NCBI GenBank assembly: GCA_030167865.1
Contig: JALAGF010003398.1
Span: forward strand, 1 to 45,942
From: Craspedostauros australis
Lineage: Eukaryota
Reading direction: 5' to 3'
DNA: 45,942 nucleotides
Both the position numbers and the translations under genes were made by a program. Below the pieces are notes generated by a model. The model did no database searches. It was not told the origin of the DNA and saw only the letters and a list, made by a program, of their open reading frames with translations. Shown in pieces: positions 1 through 12,058 of the stretch; positions within the stretch are counted from its first letter, which is position 1; each line of letters starts with the position of its first letter.

Positions 1-148
1 CTTCTTTCTAGCAGATCAATCGCAACACTCCTTCTTGGCTTCACAGGTGCTGCCCTGTGTGACTCATAAATCCATCAACTCTTCAGGCTACAGACACACG
101 AGCATCATCAGCCCACAACGACAGCAGCATCAGCACCAACCATCTCCG

Positions 149-790
149 ATGATCGCAGCAAACAATCCACCGACCGTCCCATTCGGCATCGTGTCGGCAA
201 TGGCCAACAATCGCGTCATCGGCATCGATGGTGGCCTGCCCTGGAGCATCCCGCACGAGTATGCGATCTACACGAGACTGACCGCGAATAGCATCATGAT
301 CATGGGCCGCCGGACCTTCCTGGAATCCGAAAGCCAGGAACACATCGGACATGCCTCGCATTGCATCATTGTTTCCAGAACAATGAAGAAAGCTCCCGTA
401 TCCAAATTCCCCACCAAGCTGGAGGTTGCGGGATCATTGGAGGCTGCGTTGGAGCGTGCCAAAGAACTGGCAACACAGAAATTGAACGATAATACTGATG
501 CGACCAGTATCGACGTTCCTCCCAAGTGCTGGGTCATTGGCGGGGAAGGACTCTACACGCAAGCAGTGCAAAATGAGGCAGTGACACATGTCTACCTCAG
601 CATTGTGGACACGGAGGTTGATTTGACGTCGCCGTCACCAAAGACAGGCAAGCTTCCAGAAGCAGTCGCCAGGTTCCCTGACAAATCTGTTTGGGAGAAG
701 TCCTTCAAAGAGATGTCCAACACGGTGTACCCTCCTGAGGATGGAGCGCCGGGATTCACGCATCACGTTTACACGCGCAGTTCCCCATGA
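149..790 (+). CDS. Stand-alone dihydrofolate reductase-like protein (213 aa), not fused to thymidylate synthase
   Basis: DHFR motifs IVSAMANNRVIGIDGGLPW, IMGRRTF, CWVIGGEGLY and VYLSIVD. First in-frame ATG is at 149; the ORF track starts at a TTG at 35. Confidence 0.85.
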   Translation: MIAANNPPTVPFGIVSAMANNRVIGIDGGLPWSIPHEYAIYTRLTANSIMIMGRRTFLESESQEHIGHASHCIIVSRTMKKAPVSKFPTKLEVAGSLEAALERAKELATQKLNDNTDATSIDVPPKCWVIGGEGLYTQAVQNEAVTHVYLSIVDTEVDLTSPSPKTGKLPEAVARFPDKSVWEKSFKEMSNTVYPPEDGAPGFTHHVYTRSSP

Positions 791-918
791 TTTGGCAACA
801 TTGCTTACCTACGAGTGACTTGCTTTGGCATCACAAGGAAGCCTCGGCATGGCTACGAAGAGAGAAGAAGGTATAGTAGCAAAGAGGCAGTAAGATAAGG
901 TTCTCAGTTAGAGTAGAC

Positions 919-950
919 TACGAGTAGTCGTACGAGTAGTCGTACGAGTA
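919..950. repeat. 12-bp tandem repeat (TACGAGTAGTCG) x2.7
   Basis: Read directly: units at 919-930, 931-942 and a partial unit at 943-950. Confidence 0.9.
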
Positions 951-1218
951 TCGTGAAGAATGCCTCCAAATCTCCGTCTGTCTGTCCATCGCTTGTCTTT
1001 CATTCGTCTTTCGTTGTGTTTTGCAAACAGCGAAGTTTGCAGAACGAAGAGGACGCGACTGGGTTTCTCCCTCCGACACACAAACAACAACCACAACCCA
1101 GGAATCACTTCGCACAACCGTGTCAGAGTCAACACATTCCAGACACAAACACGCTGCACAAACACGCTGCACAACAAAGAGCTGAGAGGCCAGTCAATAC
1201 AGCACTTCAGATGAAACC

Positions 1219-3534
1219 ATGAGCTGGAATGGGTCCATGCAGAACTTGAGGCTTGGCACAGAAGACAGTCAGGACAGTGACACCGCTATTGCTGCTATTG
1301 CTTCTGCTGCTTCTGCTTCTGATGGTGACGGAGATGACAGCCAAGTTGGCGCGAACTCCCAAGCGGCTCTCAGTTCCATAGCCTCCAACGAAGGTCGCCT
1401 TTCGTTGTCACAAGATGGGCAGCAACCAATCAATGCAGCTGTTGCAACAACAGCAACATCACCTGATGATGATGATGATTCTCGATGGCACAGACATGAA
1501 GGCAAGCGCAAACCAGCAGAAGATTCAAGCAACATCACCACACCTGAATCGGACGATATTGATGATGACGATGACGATGATCAGGAAGACATGGAAGAGT
1601 ACCTGCTGGGGACGCTCATCGTGCGCGTGGTCGCTGCACGTGGTCTGGAGGTGAGAGGCATACCGTAATCTTGTTTGCAGCAAACAGAGAGGACTCCAGA
1701 GCTTCGCTTGTTACCTCCCAATGGATGCGTTTGCACAATGGCATTCCGCTGGCCCCGTTCTCACAACTGCTCGCTTCGATCACGATGTATTATACTTGCA
1801 ATCCCGTTGTCTTCATCACCATGGCATACATTCACACGCACGCAGAATCCGAAGAACAATGAAGCACCAAGGGGGTTGTTCGGTGTTGCCAGTCGATTCG
1901 GGGGCAATTCCAACCAAAATGCAATCAACCCGTACGCCAGCGTGAAGTTTGGCAATTCAACACAAAGGACTTCCATGGTCTTCAACTCCACAGACCCCAC
2001 GTGGCCAAGGCATGAGTCTATGTTCTTGGATGTATCGCTCCCGGCCAACCACCTCATGCACAATCCGCCGAAGGACATCACAACAGAAATGACGACGACA
2101 ACGACAACAGTAACGACAACAATGGCGACATCGGACAGCATGGCAACCCTTGACAGCAGCAGGAGCGGATCGCAGTACGAGTACAAGAAACCGAACTCCG
2201 TGTTGACGGTGGCGATCTTCACTGGCTCGGTCGACGGCGAAACGAAAACGAACAAGGAGGATAAGATGGGCTGGTCCAAACAGTCGGCGTCCGGCGATTC
2301 CGACGACACCTTCCTGGGAATGGCATCGATCGACGTCGTGCATTTGCTCACCGGCGTCAGCGCCACCATCGACAGCTGGGTATCGTTGACTGGGGTGGCA
2401 TCGAATCGCGCCCGTGTGCGGATCACCTGTGAATACGAAAGCAATGAAGCGAATCTGCGGCGAGGGGATCTGTGCCGTTTCACGCAGTTCTGCCGTCCCG
2501 ACGACTTGTTCCCCCTCGTGCCCCACCAGCAGTACCAGGTATCCGAAGTCATGGCCGACCACGTCCAGCTCTCCTACAAAACGCCGGAGGGATGGATCTG
2601 CTCGTTCCAGACACACAGGCACATGCTGGTGTGTGAAGTGCAGGCCTCAAGCGCTGCCGAGATCTGCCAAGAAGAGCTCTCATCCATCCAGGAACGGCTC
2701 TCAAACTCCATCGTCGCGAGCAGTCTCACGGAGACGATCGATCGTGTTCCCGTCGATGGTTTACTGTCCATCAGCAGCGAAGTGGTCCAAGGCAGTCTGT
2801 CCATCTTCGAACGCTGGTTCAATGGAGGAATTGACACGGCGGTGAGCGACATTGTGCACGCCACGAATTGGGACGGAAGGAACAATCCATCGGCATCATT
2901 CTCGTTGGACATACCGACGCACGACTCTCCCCACAGCAATTCTGGCAGCAGCAACAACACCACCACCAACAACAACAACAGCAGCAGCAGCAGCACTGGT
3001 CAGCAGCACTCTCAGGCCATCCAGGAAGTCCAGGAAGAAGTCAGCACGTTGCTCGATCTGCAATCCACCATGGCATTGGATTTGGATGGGAATGATCGCA
3101 CGGAGGCGCTGCCTGGCATGCCACCATGCCCAATCACTGGAGAACCGATGGTAGAACCAGTCGTTGCACCGGATGGTGAGTCTTGTGCAGATTGCGGTTG
3201 TGCGAACTTGTACTGAGACCTTGTACTGCAACCTTGCACTGCGGATGACAGCAATACTCACCAACCCCTTCATTCTGCCATTCTCCATGTCTTCAATCTC
3301 TTCCATTCCATTCTGCACCCAAACCAAACCACGCGTATAACTGCAGGTCATACGTACGAGGAAGTGGCAATCCGCCGATGGCTTGCCACAAGCGACAAGA
3401 GCCCGCTGACTGGATCCGTGCTCGCACATAAAAACTTGGTGCCGAACTATGGTCTCATTTCCAGCGTCGAATCATCAATACGCCAGCAGGCAGATACTAT
3501 TGATGGGGACGGTAGCAGGAACGACGTGCAATAG
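1219..3534 (+). CDS. C2-domain / U-box E3 ubiquitin ligase (~649 aa, 3 exons)
   Basis: Exons 1219-1650, 1846-3175 and 3347-3534, with GT-AG introns that keep frame. Splicing joins the C2 strands (GTLIVRVVAARGLE...INPYASVKFG...QRTS...DPTW...FLG) and rebuilds a full U-box, CPITGEPMVEPVVAPDG|HTYEEVAIRRWLATSDKSPLTGSVLAHKNLVPNYGL. Confidence 0.88.
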
Positions 3535-3781
3535 CCCTCATGCCTACTGTCATCCTATGTACTATGCACTCTTACGACACGACCTGTTGGAGATTGCAAT
3601 GAATTAGAATAAGACCATTGATGGATGTGTTATTACGCATGATGGTTGTAATACGTAGAGTACACTCCCTTGCTTCTGCAGCCTGTGTCATGCCACTGTG
3701 CGACTGATCAGCATCACTCCACCATCTTACGGATGCTACCCACACGCGAAATGTGATGTTCACGGTGTGTGTCATTGTCCT

Positions 3782-5451
3782 TCATTTGTCGCCAACCCGT
3801 GGAACCTTCAATGCGGAATACGGTAGCTTGGCATCCTTCGATATCGTTTCGGGATAAATCCTGGACTGCAACACGAACATGAACATATCGAATGTCGTAG
3901 ATGTCTCCCAATCAAACAATTCCTTGTTGGCAATCACCTTCTCGAGCTTGACGGCGTACCCAACACTGTTGGTGATGACCTTGTCAATATCTCGCAAGAA
4001 TCGTTGCTCAGTGGAGATGTCGGCAAAGTACGAGACCTCATCCCAATCAATGAAATCGGCCTGCGCTTGATACTGTTTTGGCCGTGTGAATATGGGCACA
4101 GTGTCACTGAGCACGATGTCTATCAGTCGTTGCGATCCCGCAGTATCACCCAAGACCTGGAAGGAGTATCGGGCTTCCGCCAACGCCGGGCATTGCTTGC
4201 CTCTGCCGCAAATGCTCATGTCATAAGCCGACGATGAGGATGCGGCAAGGTTGCCGCTGCTGGTATCTTCGCCCGATGGCTGCCCCATCCACTTGCACAG
4301 ATTGCGCCGATCGAGGAATCTTCGTTTCTCCGGATGCAGACTTGCGATCATTGCAAAATCATGCAACTTCTCTTCAGTCGGTTGACATCGGCTACCGAAC
4401 TTGTGATCAGGGAAATTCTCCCGATTGCGGTGATTGTCCTTGCGTCCGTCGAAACCGATCATATTCACCCTAGAAAACAGATTCTTCCATGGCATGGCAA
4501 ATCGGTACATCCAAGGCAGACGCTTCCAGTAGTAATTGTAGGAATTGACCATGATGTGATCCTTGCCGCCTGATTTTTGGAAGTACGGCGATTCGGAGAG
4601 CTGGTTCATGGTGTACTGCATGAGGCGGCCGCCACAGTGACCCTTGACGCAAAGTTCTTCCGGCTGGATGCCCCAGCGGGAATAGAAGTTGACCAGTGTG
4701 GGGACGACGAAGATCTTGGCCTCGTTGGGATCCTTGGTGCGTTGAGGATGGTTGTAAGCAGCCAAGAGGAACCAGAAATCTGTGCAGAGCTTGAACTGCA
4801 TGATGGTGCCAAGATCCTTGAGGGATGTGGGGTCATTGATCAGACTCAGCATGGATTTGCCCTGGTAACTTCCATGTTGCAGCCAGTCCCAATCTTCGTA
4901 AATGTAGAAAGGGACGGAGAGCATCGCTTTGGCATGATCGAGGGGTTTGGGTACCGGCTTGAGATCCATCCGGATGTTCGTGCTCTACAAGCATTGAGAA
5001 GTCGAGAACAAATACATGCGTGAAGTATAATAGATGAGCATGGCAACGGTGAGGGCAAGTGTTGAGGATATGCAGGTTGGTGTCAGTGTTGGAGTAAGTA
5101 TGGCATAGTAGGATAGAGTCGAGGTCTCAACTCCACCCTCCTCTGCAAGCACCACGCTGTCTCACTCACCGCTGGTGTGAAATTGGGCGTCCCCAAGACG
5201 CTGTCGGTGCAGATGGAGTACACATCTGTGAATTCTGCCACCATCAGCATCATCATGCCAATGAAGAGCAAGCAGTAGCCACAGATGCGTTTTCCGTTGC
5301 GTTGCAGGAATGCAAGGAGGCGTGCCAGCACAACAAAGATGGCACTCTTCATTGACGTCGTTGTCGGTGATGGAGTGCTGCCATCATCGTCGTCTCCCGA
5401 CGGCTGAAGGAAAGGCTTGGTTTCAGCCGCATTGCGTTGTCGAATGCTCAT
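3782..5451 (-). CDS. Exostosin-family (GT47) glycosyltransferase, type II membrane protein (~494 aa, 2 exons)
   Basis: Exons 5451-5170 and 4984-3782 (GTGAGT...TTGTAG, phase 0). N-terminal TM anchor. GT47 motifs FYIYE, RTKDPNEAKIFVVP, GGKDHIMV, GDTAGSQRLIDIVLSDTVPIF and IDWDEVS. Confidence 0.8.
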
Positions 5452-6065
5452 TTCGACCGATGGGGATGGATTCGATGAGGTGGAACGGAACTGCATGAAG
5501 TGCGACGGTGATGACTTGCTCTTGTGATGGCTGGCTGGATTCCTTTGTGAGTACGTATAGCATAATACTCGTATCCGCAGTGTTTGGCAGTCCTCTGAAG
5601 ATTTTGTGAAGGTAGATTGAGGGATTTGTGTACCCAAAAGACAATCCCATTCCACAGAAACCGTGTCGGATCGATCATTGGAGTGTTCCGTCATTTTCGT
5701 GGGTGTTCTTTTTGGTGTCTTTTTTCGGAAGCTGTGGTTGTGGCGGGAATCAATGCAAGGGACTGGAAAGATTCTGGATCCGCCTTTCTCGCACAGATAC
5801 CGCGCCAATACTCATGCGTAGATCTTACTCTACTTAGAGTCGTATGCAAGTGGTCGTGACCTGGTCCAATCGCAACATGGTGCAATTGGTGCTCCTCTAC
5901 TGTTCTATTACATTGACTAGAGTATTGTGCGAGAACACACTTCCAGAGCACCGCTCGAATTCCACAATCCGCAGCTCTTCGAAGTTGGCAAGCATGCTGC
6001 AGCCATGCCATACTCAAGTTGTTGTTGTTGCTGCTGCTGCCGTCGTTTGCCTCTGTGTTGTCCCA

Positions 6066-7946
6066 CTACTGGTCCAGCCTCGTGCCTCGCAGATCCACCC
6101 CAATGTCAACGAGAGCCTGATATTGAGATCTGTGCATGGCGCTGGAGATATCGTCGGCGCTTGCGACCCCCTTGAATCGACGGCGTTGTCCGTCCAGCCA
6201 TATTCGCAGGGCAGCGTGCTTCAAGGAAAGCTTCGGCTTGGAACCAATGTCAACATGTCCGTACTTTTCCTTGAATTGGCGCAGATCCTCGAACTTGCGA
6301 TTCCATTGTTCCTTCTTGAAGTTCCAAACGAACCCGAGATCAGTCAGCAGTCTTTCGCGTTCCTCGCTCAGCACACCTCGCGCCTTCCCGGTGCGTTGCC
6401 GCTTCACCCAGTGGCTCAAGCTTGTGTTGGCCGTTGCGTCTCGGGGGAACGGGCCTTCCACATGCCCGTGCTTCTTTTTGTACTCCACCAGCATCTGATA
6501 TTTGGCATGCCAGGTCTCCTCATGCACATCCAAAAGCAATGGTAGATCCCGCAGTTTGCTCGGTCCATGCTCATTCGCCGCGAAATGTGCCGTGGCATTC
6601 GTCTTCGATTTGTTCGTGCTGGCGGTATCGTCGTCGGAATGAAGGTTCATCCTTCCCAAGGCTCTGAGCCTCCCACCTTCGCTGGATCGATCATCCTCGT
6701 CGACGTCATCATGATCTCGCAAGAATCTGCGAAGCTTGATGCGCTGTCCCGCGACCCACGTGTGCAACGCGTGGTTGGACATGGGAACGCGCGTGTGTCC
6801 GTGTTCCTCGTAGAACTTGCACAAACGTTCGTAATTCTCCTCCCACGAGTCTTGGCGCAACGTCCAGGAAAAGCCGATCTTCTCCAACGCCCGGATGCGA
6901 TCCTGCGATACCTTGCCGGCCGAATACATGATGCGCTGTCTGGCAACCCACTGTGCCAGTTCTTTGTTCTCCTCGTCCGTCGACGGCACCTGCGCCTGGC
7001 CGTGCTCCTTGCTGTACTCGCAGAGCTGATCGTACAGCCTCCACCACCATTCCTCCAGCGGATCCAAGCTAAAGCCAATGCTCAGCAGCATCTTCTCGCG
7101 TTCGGGATCCAGCCGGTTGGCCTTGTACGCCTTGCGTTGGTTCTCGATCCAATAATTCAAGGTCTTGTTCTCGGATCGTTTCACTTCCATGCGTCCGTCG
7201 TGCTGCTCAGCGAATCGCAGCAGGTGATCGAAGTGCCTGTGCCACATGGCCTCATTGTTTGACCACTTGAAACCCAGCGACTCCAATAGCGTTGCCTTGA
7301 GTTGGAATTTCTTCAGCTTGCTGATCTTCTTGTTGCGGTATGCCGAGCGTTGGCTTTCGATCCATTCTGCGAATTCTTCGCTGACGCCCAACTTTTTTCG
7401 TTCCTCGCGGCATGCCTTTGCCCTGCTGGAGGGAACGTGGCAATCACCATGTTCTTCCCTGTACTGCAGGAGAAGCTCAATCATGGCCCTGTCTTCTTCG
7501 TCGAGGCTGTAGCCCTCTAACATGTTCGCGACAGCCGCCTCCCTGCTGCCTTCGTCACTATCGTCGTGCAGGTCGTCGTGGACCTGCTGCTGCTGCTTCT
7601 GCTTCTTCTGCCGCTGGCTGGACGAAAGGAACCGGCGAGAAACCGCTGCATGACACCTGTCATCTGCAATCTGCGGCCATCCCAATTCCCACTGTGAAAG
7701 GCAAGGGTTTGACGCAAGAGCGCGTGCCGAATCGGTAAATCGGATGACAGCATTCGTTGTTGACGCTATACTGCTGTTCCGAATGCACGGCCGGGTCAAT
7801 CGCAAGTGCAGTTGCGACGATGAGAATCGTTGGACGGTCTGTCGCCTGGTCGCGTTGGCCGGGCCCCACGCCGCTCTCCTCGCCGTCCTCTTCGCACTGC
7901 TGACGGTAGCCCCAACCGCGAGAATTGAAGCGCGAGAACCCAACAT
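6066..7946 (-). CDS. Helicase-associated (HA) repeat protein with six repeats and a probable mitochondrial presequence (626 aa)
   Basis: Six copies of the pattern W..y..L..y...hGh..Vp.....L..Wv..QR......l...r...L..lGF.W. The N-terminus is Arg/Ser/Ala-rich and poor in acidic residues (QRFSSS, RRFLSSS). No helicase motifs are present. Confidence 0.85.
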   Translation of the reverse strand: MLGSRASILAVGATVSSAKRTARRAAWGPANATRRQTVQRFSSSQLHLRLTRPCIRNSSIASTTNAVIRFTDSARALASNPCLSQWELGWPQIADDRCHAAVSRRFLSSSQRQKKQKQQQQVHDDLHDDSDEGSREAAVANMLEGYSLDEEDRAMIELLLQYREEHGDCHVPSSRAKACREERKKLGVSEEFAEWIESQRSAYRNKKISKLKKFQLKATLLESLGFKWSNNEAMWHRHFDHLLRFAEQHDGRMEVKRSENKTLNYWIENQRKAYKANRLDPEREKMLLSIGFSLDPLEEWWWRLYDQLCEYSKEHGQAQVPSTDEENKELAQWVARQRIMYSAGKVSQDRIRALEKIGFSWTLRQDSWEENYERLCKFYEEHGHTRVPMSNHALHTWVAGQRIKLRRFLRDHDDVDEDDRSSEGGRLRALGRMNLHSDDDTASTNKSKTNATAHFAANEHGPSKLRDLPLLLDVHEETWHAKYQMLVEYKKKHGHVEGPFPRDATANTSLSHWVKRQRTGKARGVLSEERERLLTDLGFVWNFKKEQWNRKFEDLRQFKEKYGHVDIGSKPKLSLKHAALRIWLDGQRRRFKGVASADDISSAMHRSQYQALVDIGVDLRGTRLDQ

Positions 7947-9166
7947 AATCGTGGCAATTGCTCAACGATGAAGGTTTGGTTTTCGGTCTGAATTCTGAAG
8001 TGTCCCGTTGGGTGCGCTCCTTTGTAATCGTGTGTCGTCGACCAACTCTGTGTTATGCCAATAGTGTGGTGGCTCGTATGCTTCTGCCCCGACGTTCGAG
8101 TATGGAAGGTGCGAGTATGGTGTGGTGAAGTCACCGAATGAACGGCTGGAGTGCAGAGAGTTGCCAGAAGATCCGAGCGGTTTCAGGTTGATGTGTTGAT
8201 GTGCTCTTGTTCTGTGGTTGTTGTTTGGTTTGTGGGGATCAATTAGCTCTTGTGTAATTCTCATCCACTTTCGGCTGCTTTGTTGGTTGATTTGAGTCTA
8301 GTCAAGTACCAATACGTCCGTGTAGGCCATAATTGTGTGAAAGTGGTGAGTATTCATTTGCTTTGATCTATTATCGCCAAAGGAGAAGCAACCGTGATTA
8401 TTGACTAGATTGACTCAACTCATCACCAATCATGTGTTTGTGTTGGATCGAATTTCTGGCTTCTTCTTTTTGTCGTTGTTGTTGTGGTTGCATGTGCGAT
8501 GGCGTGACGAAGACAAAGTCAGTAGGACGCGATGGTGTGACGACACCACGATTTTGTGCCAAACAAGAAAGCACAACAAACACACCGTGAAGCAAGGCGC
8601 AGAGTCGAAGCTGGAGACACGCCACACACTTCCGCAACGGACTGTGGGCCACTTCTGGAGTTTTCTGATCCTCGAATCAGCACAATGGTCATCACACAGT
8701 CGATCCATTATACACACTGCATTCCACCCAAGACAGAGACGGAGACAGAGACAGAGGAGTTCAAACACTGTTGCTTTGGACAAACAGACCAGAAGCAAAC
8801 GCGCACCAGAGCATTGCCAAGGAGTGAAGCACCAGCCGTGATCACACAAGAAGACAGACAGTTCTTTGCAGCGTTTGTGTTTGCAAGGGTTGATGCACAA
8901 AGGCGACGACGATAGAGCCTAAAAGAGACTGGAGTAGCTTAGCGTACCGTGCCGCACCGTGCATATAGTCCTCTCTAACAAAGAACAGCAGGGGACGGTT
9001 GTGTGAGAAGCACCGAGCTTGAGTACTCCACTTGCTCCATATTCAAAAGAGAGAAAGGGTTCCATTCTGCTCTTAATTAACACTAGCCAGACATTCACGT
9101 CGGTTGTGGGCACGTGGTCGACTGAGCGATCGCGTAGGCCAATCTGCCGCTCAGTCAGCCAACCAC

Positions 9167-9197
9167 TTGATCAATCAATTGATCAATCAATTGATCA
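9167..9197. repeat. 12-bp tandem repeat (TTGATCAATCAA) x2.6 containing the TTGATCAA palindrome
   Basis: Read directly; ends about 65 bp upstream of the RRN3 ATG. Confidence 0.9.
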
Positions 9198-9261
9198 GAG
9201 ACGGTCTGTCACACCCGCATCCACACTCGCGGTCGAGCACACAGCGTCATTCCTTGAAGAA

Positions 9262-12058
9262 ATGTCTGCTTTGGTCGACAGCACCGCTGCCGTGGTGGCG
9301 CAGACGCCTCGACATCCCACAAAGGTGAAGTCGACCACCCGCATCTCTGACCGCATCGTCCCAACGGTGACGCCCGTTGCGCCTGATCGTGCCAATGGTG
9401 CTGCCACGAGAAGCGGCATCGCAGTGGGTGGCAGTGTTGGAGTCACGCCCAACGCCAAAAGTCCCGGCGCCAATGCTGCGACTGCCGCTGATTCTGGAGA
9501 GAGCGTGTATGACAGACTCAAGAATTTCCTCCTCCCGAAGTGCGTGACGCCAGGCGCACGCGAGATGCAGCCTGTGGAAAGCTTCGTTGCCAATGCGATT
9601 GCCTCCAGACACACGTCGGATGACAACCCCGCGCATGACAAGGCGTATGCTGCGATCCTGGACGCGTTGCGTCGGCCTGCGGATCCCGAGATGCTTAGAC
9701 GCATTCTGCTCGCGTTTCGCACGGCTGGCAATGGCACCACCATGATCCAGCTCACTGGCTCGGCGCACACGCACGCCCAGCTCATCCACCTGCTCTTCCG
9801 GCTCAACTCATTCGACCCGCCCGCGTACAAGAAGCCGCCGACGCAGGATATGCTGAAGCCCTTCGAAACCTACTCGCTTGCGGATGCTCACATGAATGTG
9901 CTGCTGGCCCTCGTGTCGGCGCAGTCCACCAACGTCATCCCAGCCTTGCGATATGGCTGGAGGATGCTCATCTCGCGCGACGGCAACGCTCCCAATTCGT
10001 TGGTCGACAGAATACATGCCTTCCTCGCCAGCGTCATGCGTCTCGTGCCGCGCGCACGGTCGGACATGTTCTCCGTCATGTCGTCCACCTGTCCATTCTG
10101 GGCGGCCGACCAGAGCAAGATCATTTGGTTTTACAGACAGTGCCTCTCCGTGCTCAGGTATCACCCCAGCATCGAGACGCAAGTGCTGGAGCTCATCATC
10201 GACAAATCGTTGGAGATGGATGTCAACATCCAAATCAAGGACACCGGCGAGGCCTCCGTCGACGACAAGGCCAAAGGCAACGACAACGGCGACGACGCTG
10301 CTTTCGATTTGGATCTGGGGACGGGAGATGAGGCTGGTGCCAAGAAGCAACTGCAAAGTTCCAAGACCGCTGGCATTGACGTTGATGAATTGTCGGACAA
10401 GGTAAGGCCTCCGCAAGGCGAACGACGGGACGCGAGATATCATCCGAGCAGAAAGACTACTTTTGGGAGCATCATGGCGGTGTTCATCAACATAATTACT
10501 GCGGACGACGGTGGTGCTGCTCTGCACTTTCCGCAACAGATACTCAATGGTTTGTCGTTGCTGTTACTGCTTCTCCCGATTTCAACGTGATCCTCTCCCT
10601 TCCGATGCCATCGCACGATTTCTGCGAACCGTTCCTCTGCGATCCCATTGCACAATACATCTTCAGCTTGATTGCCTCCTGTACATCCTGCTAAAGTACG
10701 TCGACGACAAAGTGAAGGACGAGGCCGATGCACGACAGATCTACCAGGACATCGAACCCATCTTCGAGTCATCCATCCTGACGACGCACAAATCCAAGTT
10801 CGTCCAATTCTGCGTCTTCCATCTGTGCGGTCTGGAGATTGCGGCCCTGCAGAAACGGATCCAAGATCCGGACGAGCTGGCGCAGAGCTGCACGCTGGAC
10901 CGCGACTTTGCATCCAAGCTACTGGAGATCATCATCGATCCTTACCGCGCCACGACGACCAGACAGAGCGGCGCCTGCTACCTCGCCTCCTTCATCAGCA
11001 GAGCCAACTACGTGACATCCGACACTGTCTGCGAGGCGGTGGCAGCGCTGCTGCGGTGGGCCGAGGCCTACATCAGGTCCATCGAGGATACCTACATTCA
11101 TGCCACGGATTCGAGAGAGCAGAGCAAGTTCCATTCTCTGTTTTACACCGTGTGCCAGGCCGCATTCTACATCATGAGCTTCCGCGGCAAAGACGCCATC
11201 CTGTACCACCGCAGAGTGATGGAACAGCAAGCAACGCCGACAGGTGACGAACAACATCAACGCCAACACCACCAAGAAGAGGAGTATGAAGCTGACATGA
11301 ACATCGCCGGCAAACGATGGACCGTGATCTGTCAACATCCTTTGCAACCGCTTAAATTCTGCCTCGAAAGCGTCCGCAGCGAATTCCTTCACGTGGCGCA
11401 CGTCTTCGAGCTCGTCGACACGCAAGTCCTGAAGCAGCTGGTGAAGGACGCGCGCAACCTGTCCACCGGGCGCGTCGGTCGCAAGTCGGCATCGCGCATC
11501 TCCACAGCGGGCACATTGGCGCGACGGCGTCAGACCGGAGGCGTGGGTGGTCTGGGACAGGGTTCCAATCCACTGAACTCGTTCTTCCCGTTCGATCCGT
11601 TGCTGCTGCGACGATCACACGGATACGTCGAACCGGTGTACAACTACTGGCAAGGACCGTTGGATGATGATGACTTTGAAGAGGACATGGCCGACACGGA
11701 TACTGACAACGGTGTTCACATTGAAGCGGGCGGTGTCACATCCGAACATGACAACGACGACGATGATGATGATGATGATGATGACGAGGATGACGATGAG
11801 GAGGAGGAAGGTGACGAAGATAGCGACGATGAAGACGGCGACAGAAGCGAGTACAACGATGACGAATCCTTCGTCCAATCCTGCGATTCGGTAGGAACCA
11901 GACCGATGAGCTTTGGTTCCGCAGCGCCCACCGAATTTCCGCACATCATGCACACGCCGCAACGAGCAATCATCGACAAAGACACGCTGCGCAACATTTG
12001 GACGGATGCAGTAAAGCGGCCACGATCACATAGTATCCATTCGAACGGGAGTTGGTGA
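9262..12058 (+). CDS. RRN3: RNA polymerase I transcription initiation factor RRN3/TIF-IA (~843 aa, 2 exons)
   Basis: Exons 9262-10401 and 10667-12058; the junction gives DK|LD. RRN3 motifs LEMDVNI, ILTTHKSKFVQF, RQSGACYLASFISRA, FYTVCQAAFYIMSFR, LQPLKFC and FFPFDP, plus an acidic tail. Confidence 0.93.
11762..11782 (+). repeat. (GAT)7 microsatellite encoding poly-Asp in the RRN3 tail
   Basis: Read directly. Confidence 0.9.

Noticed and set aside
35-148. N-terminal extensions in the ORF track from upstream starts (also 9019, 13305, 15122, 21791, 28563, 36394, 40967)
   Set aside because: Most begin at non-ATG codons, which is not the eukaryotic norm. All translate low-complexity 5'UTR-like sequence, and downstream ATGs give sensible presequences or domain starts.
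919-950. Short direct repeats as a possible CRISPR-like array or element terminus
   Set aside because: The units are contiguous with no spacers, and there is no cas or transposase gene nearby.
6066-7946. HA-repeat gene as a helicase or mobile-element remnant
   Set aside because: No Walker/DExH motifs, terminal repeats or frameshifts; it is an intact ORF with a targeting-like N-terminus.
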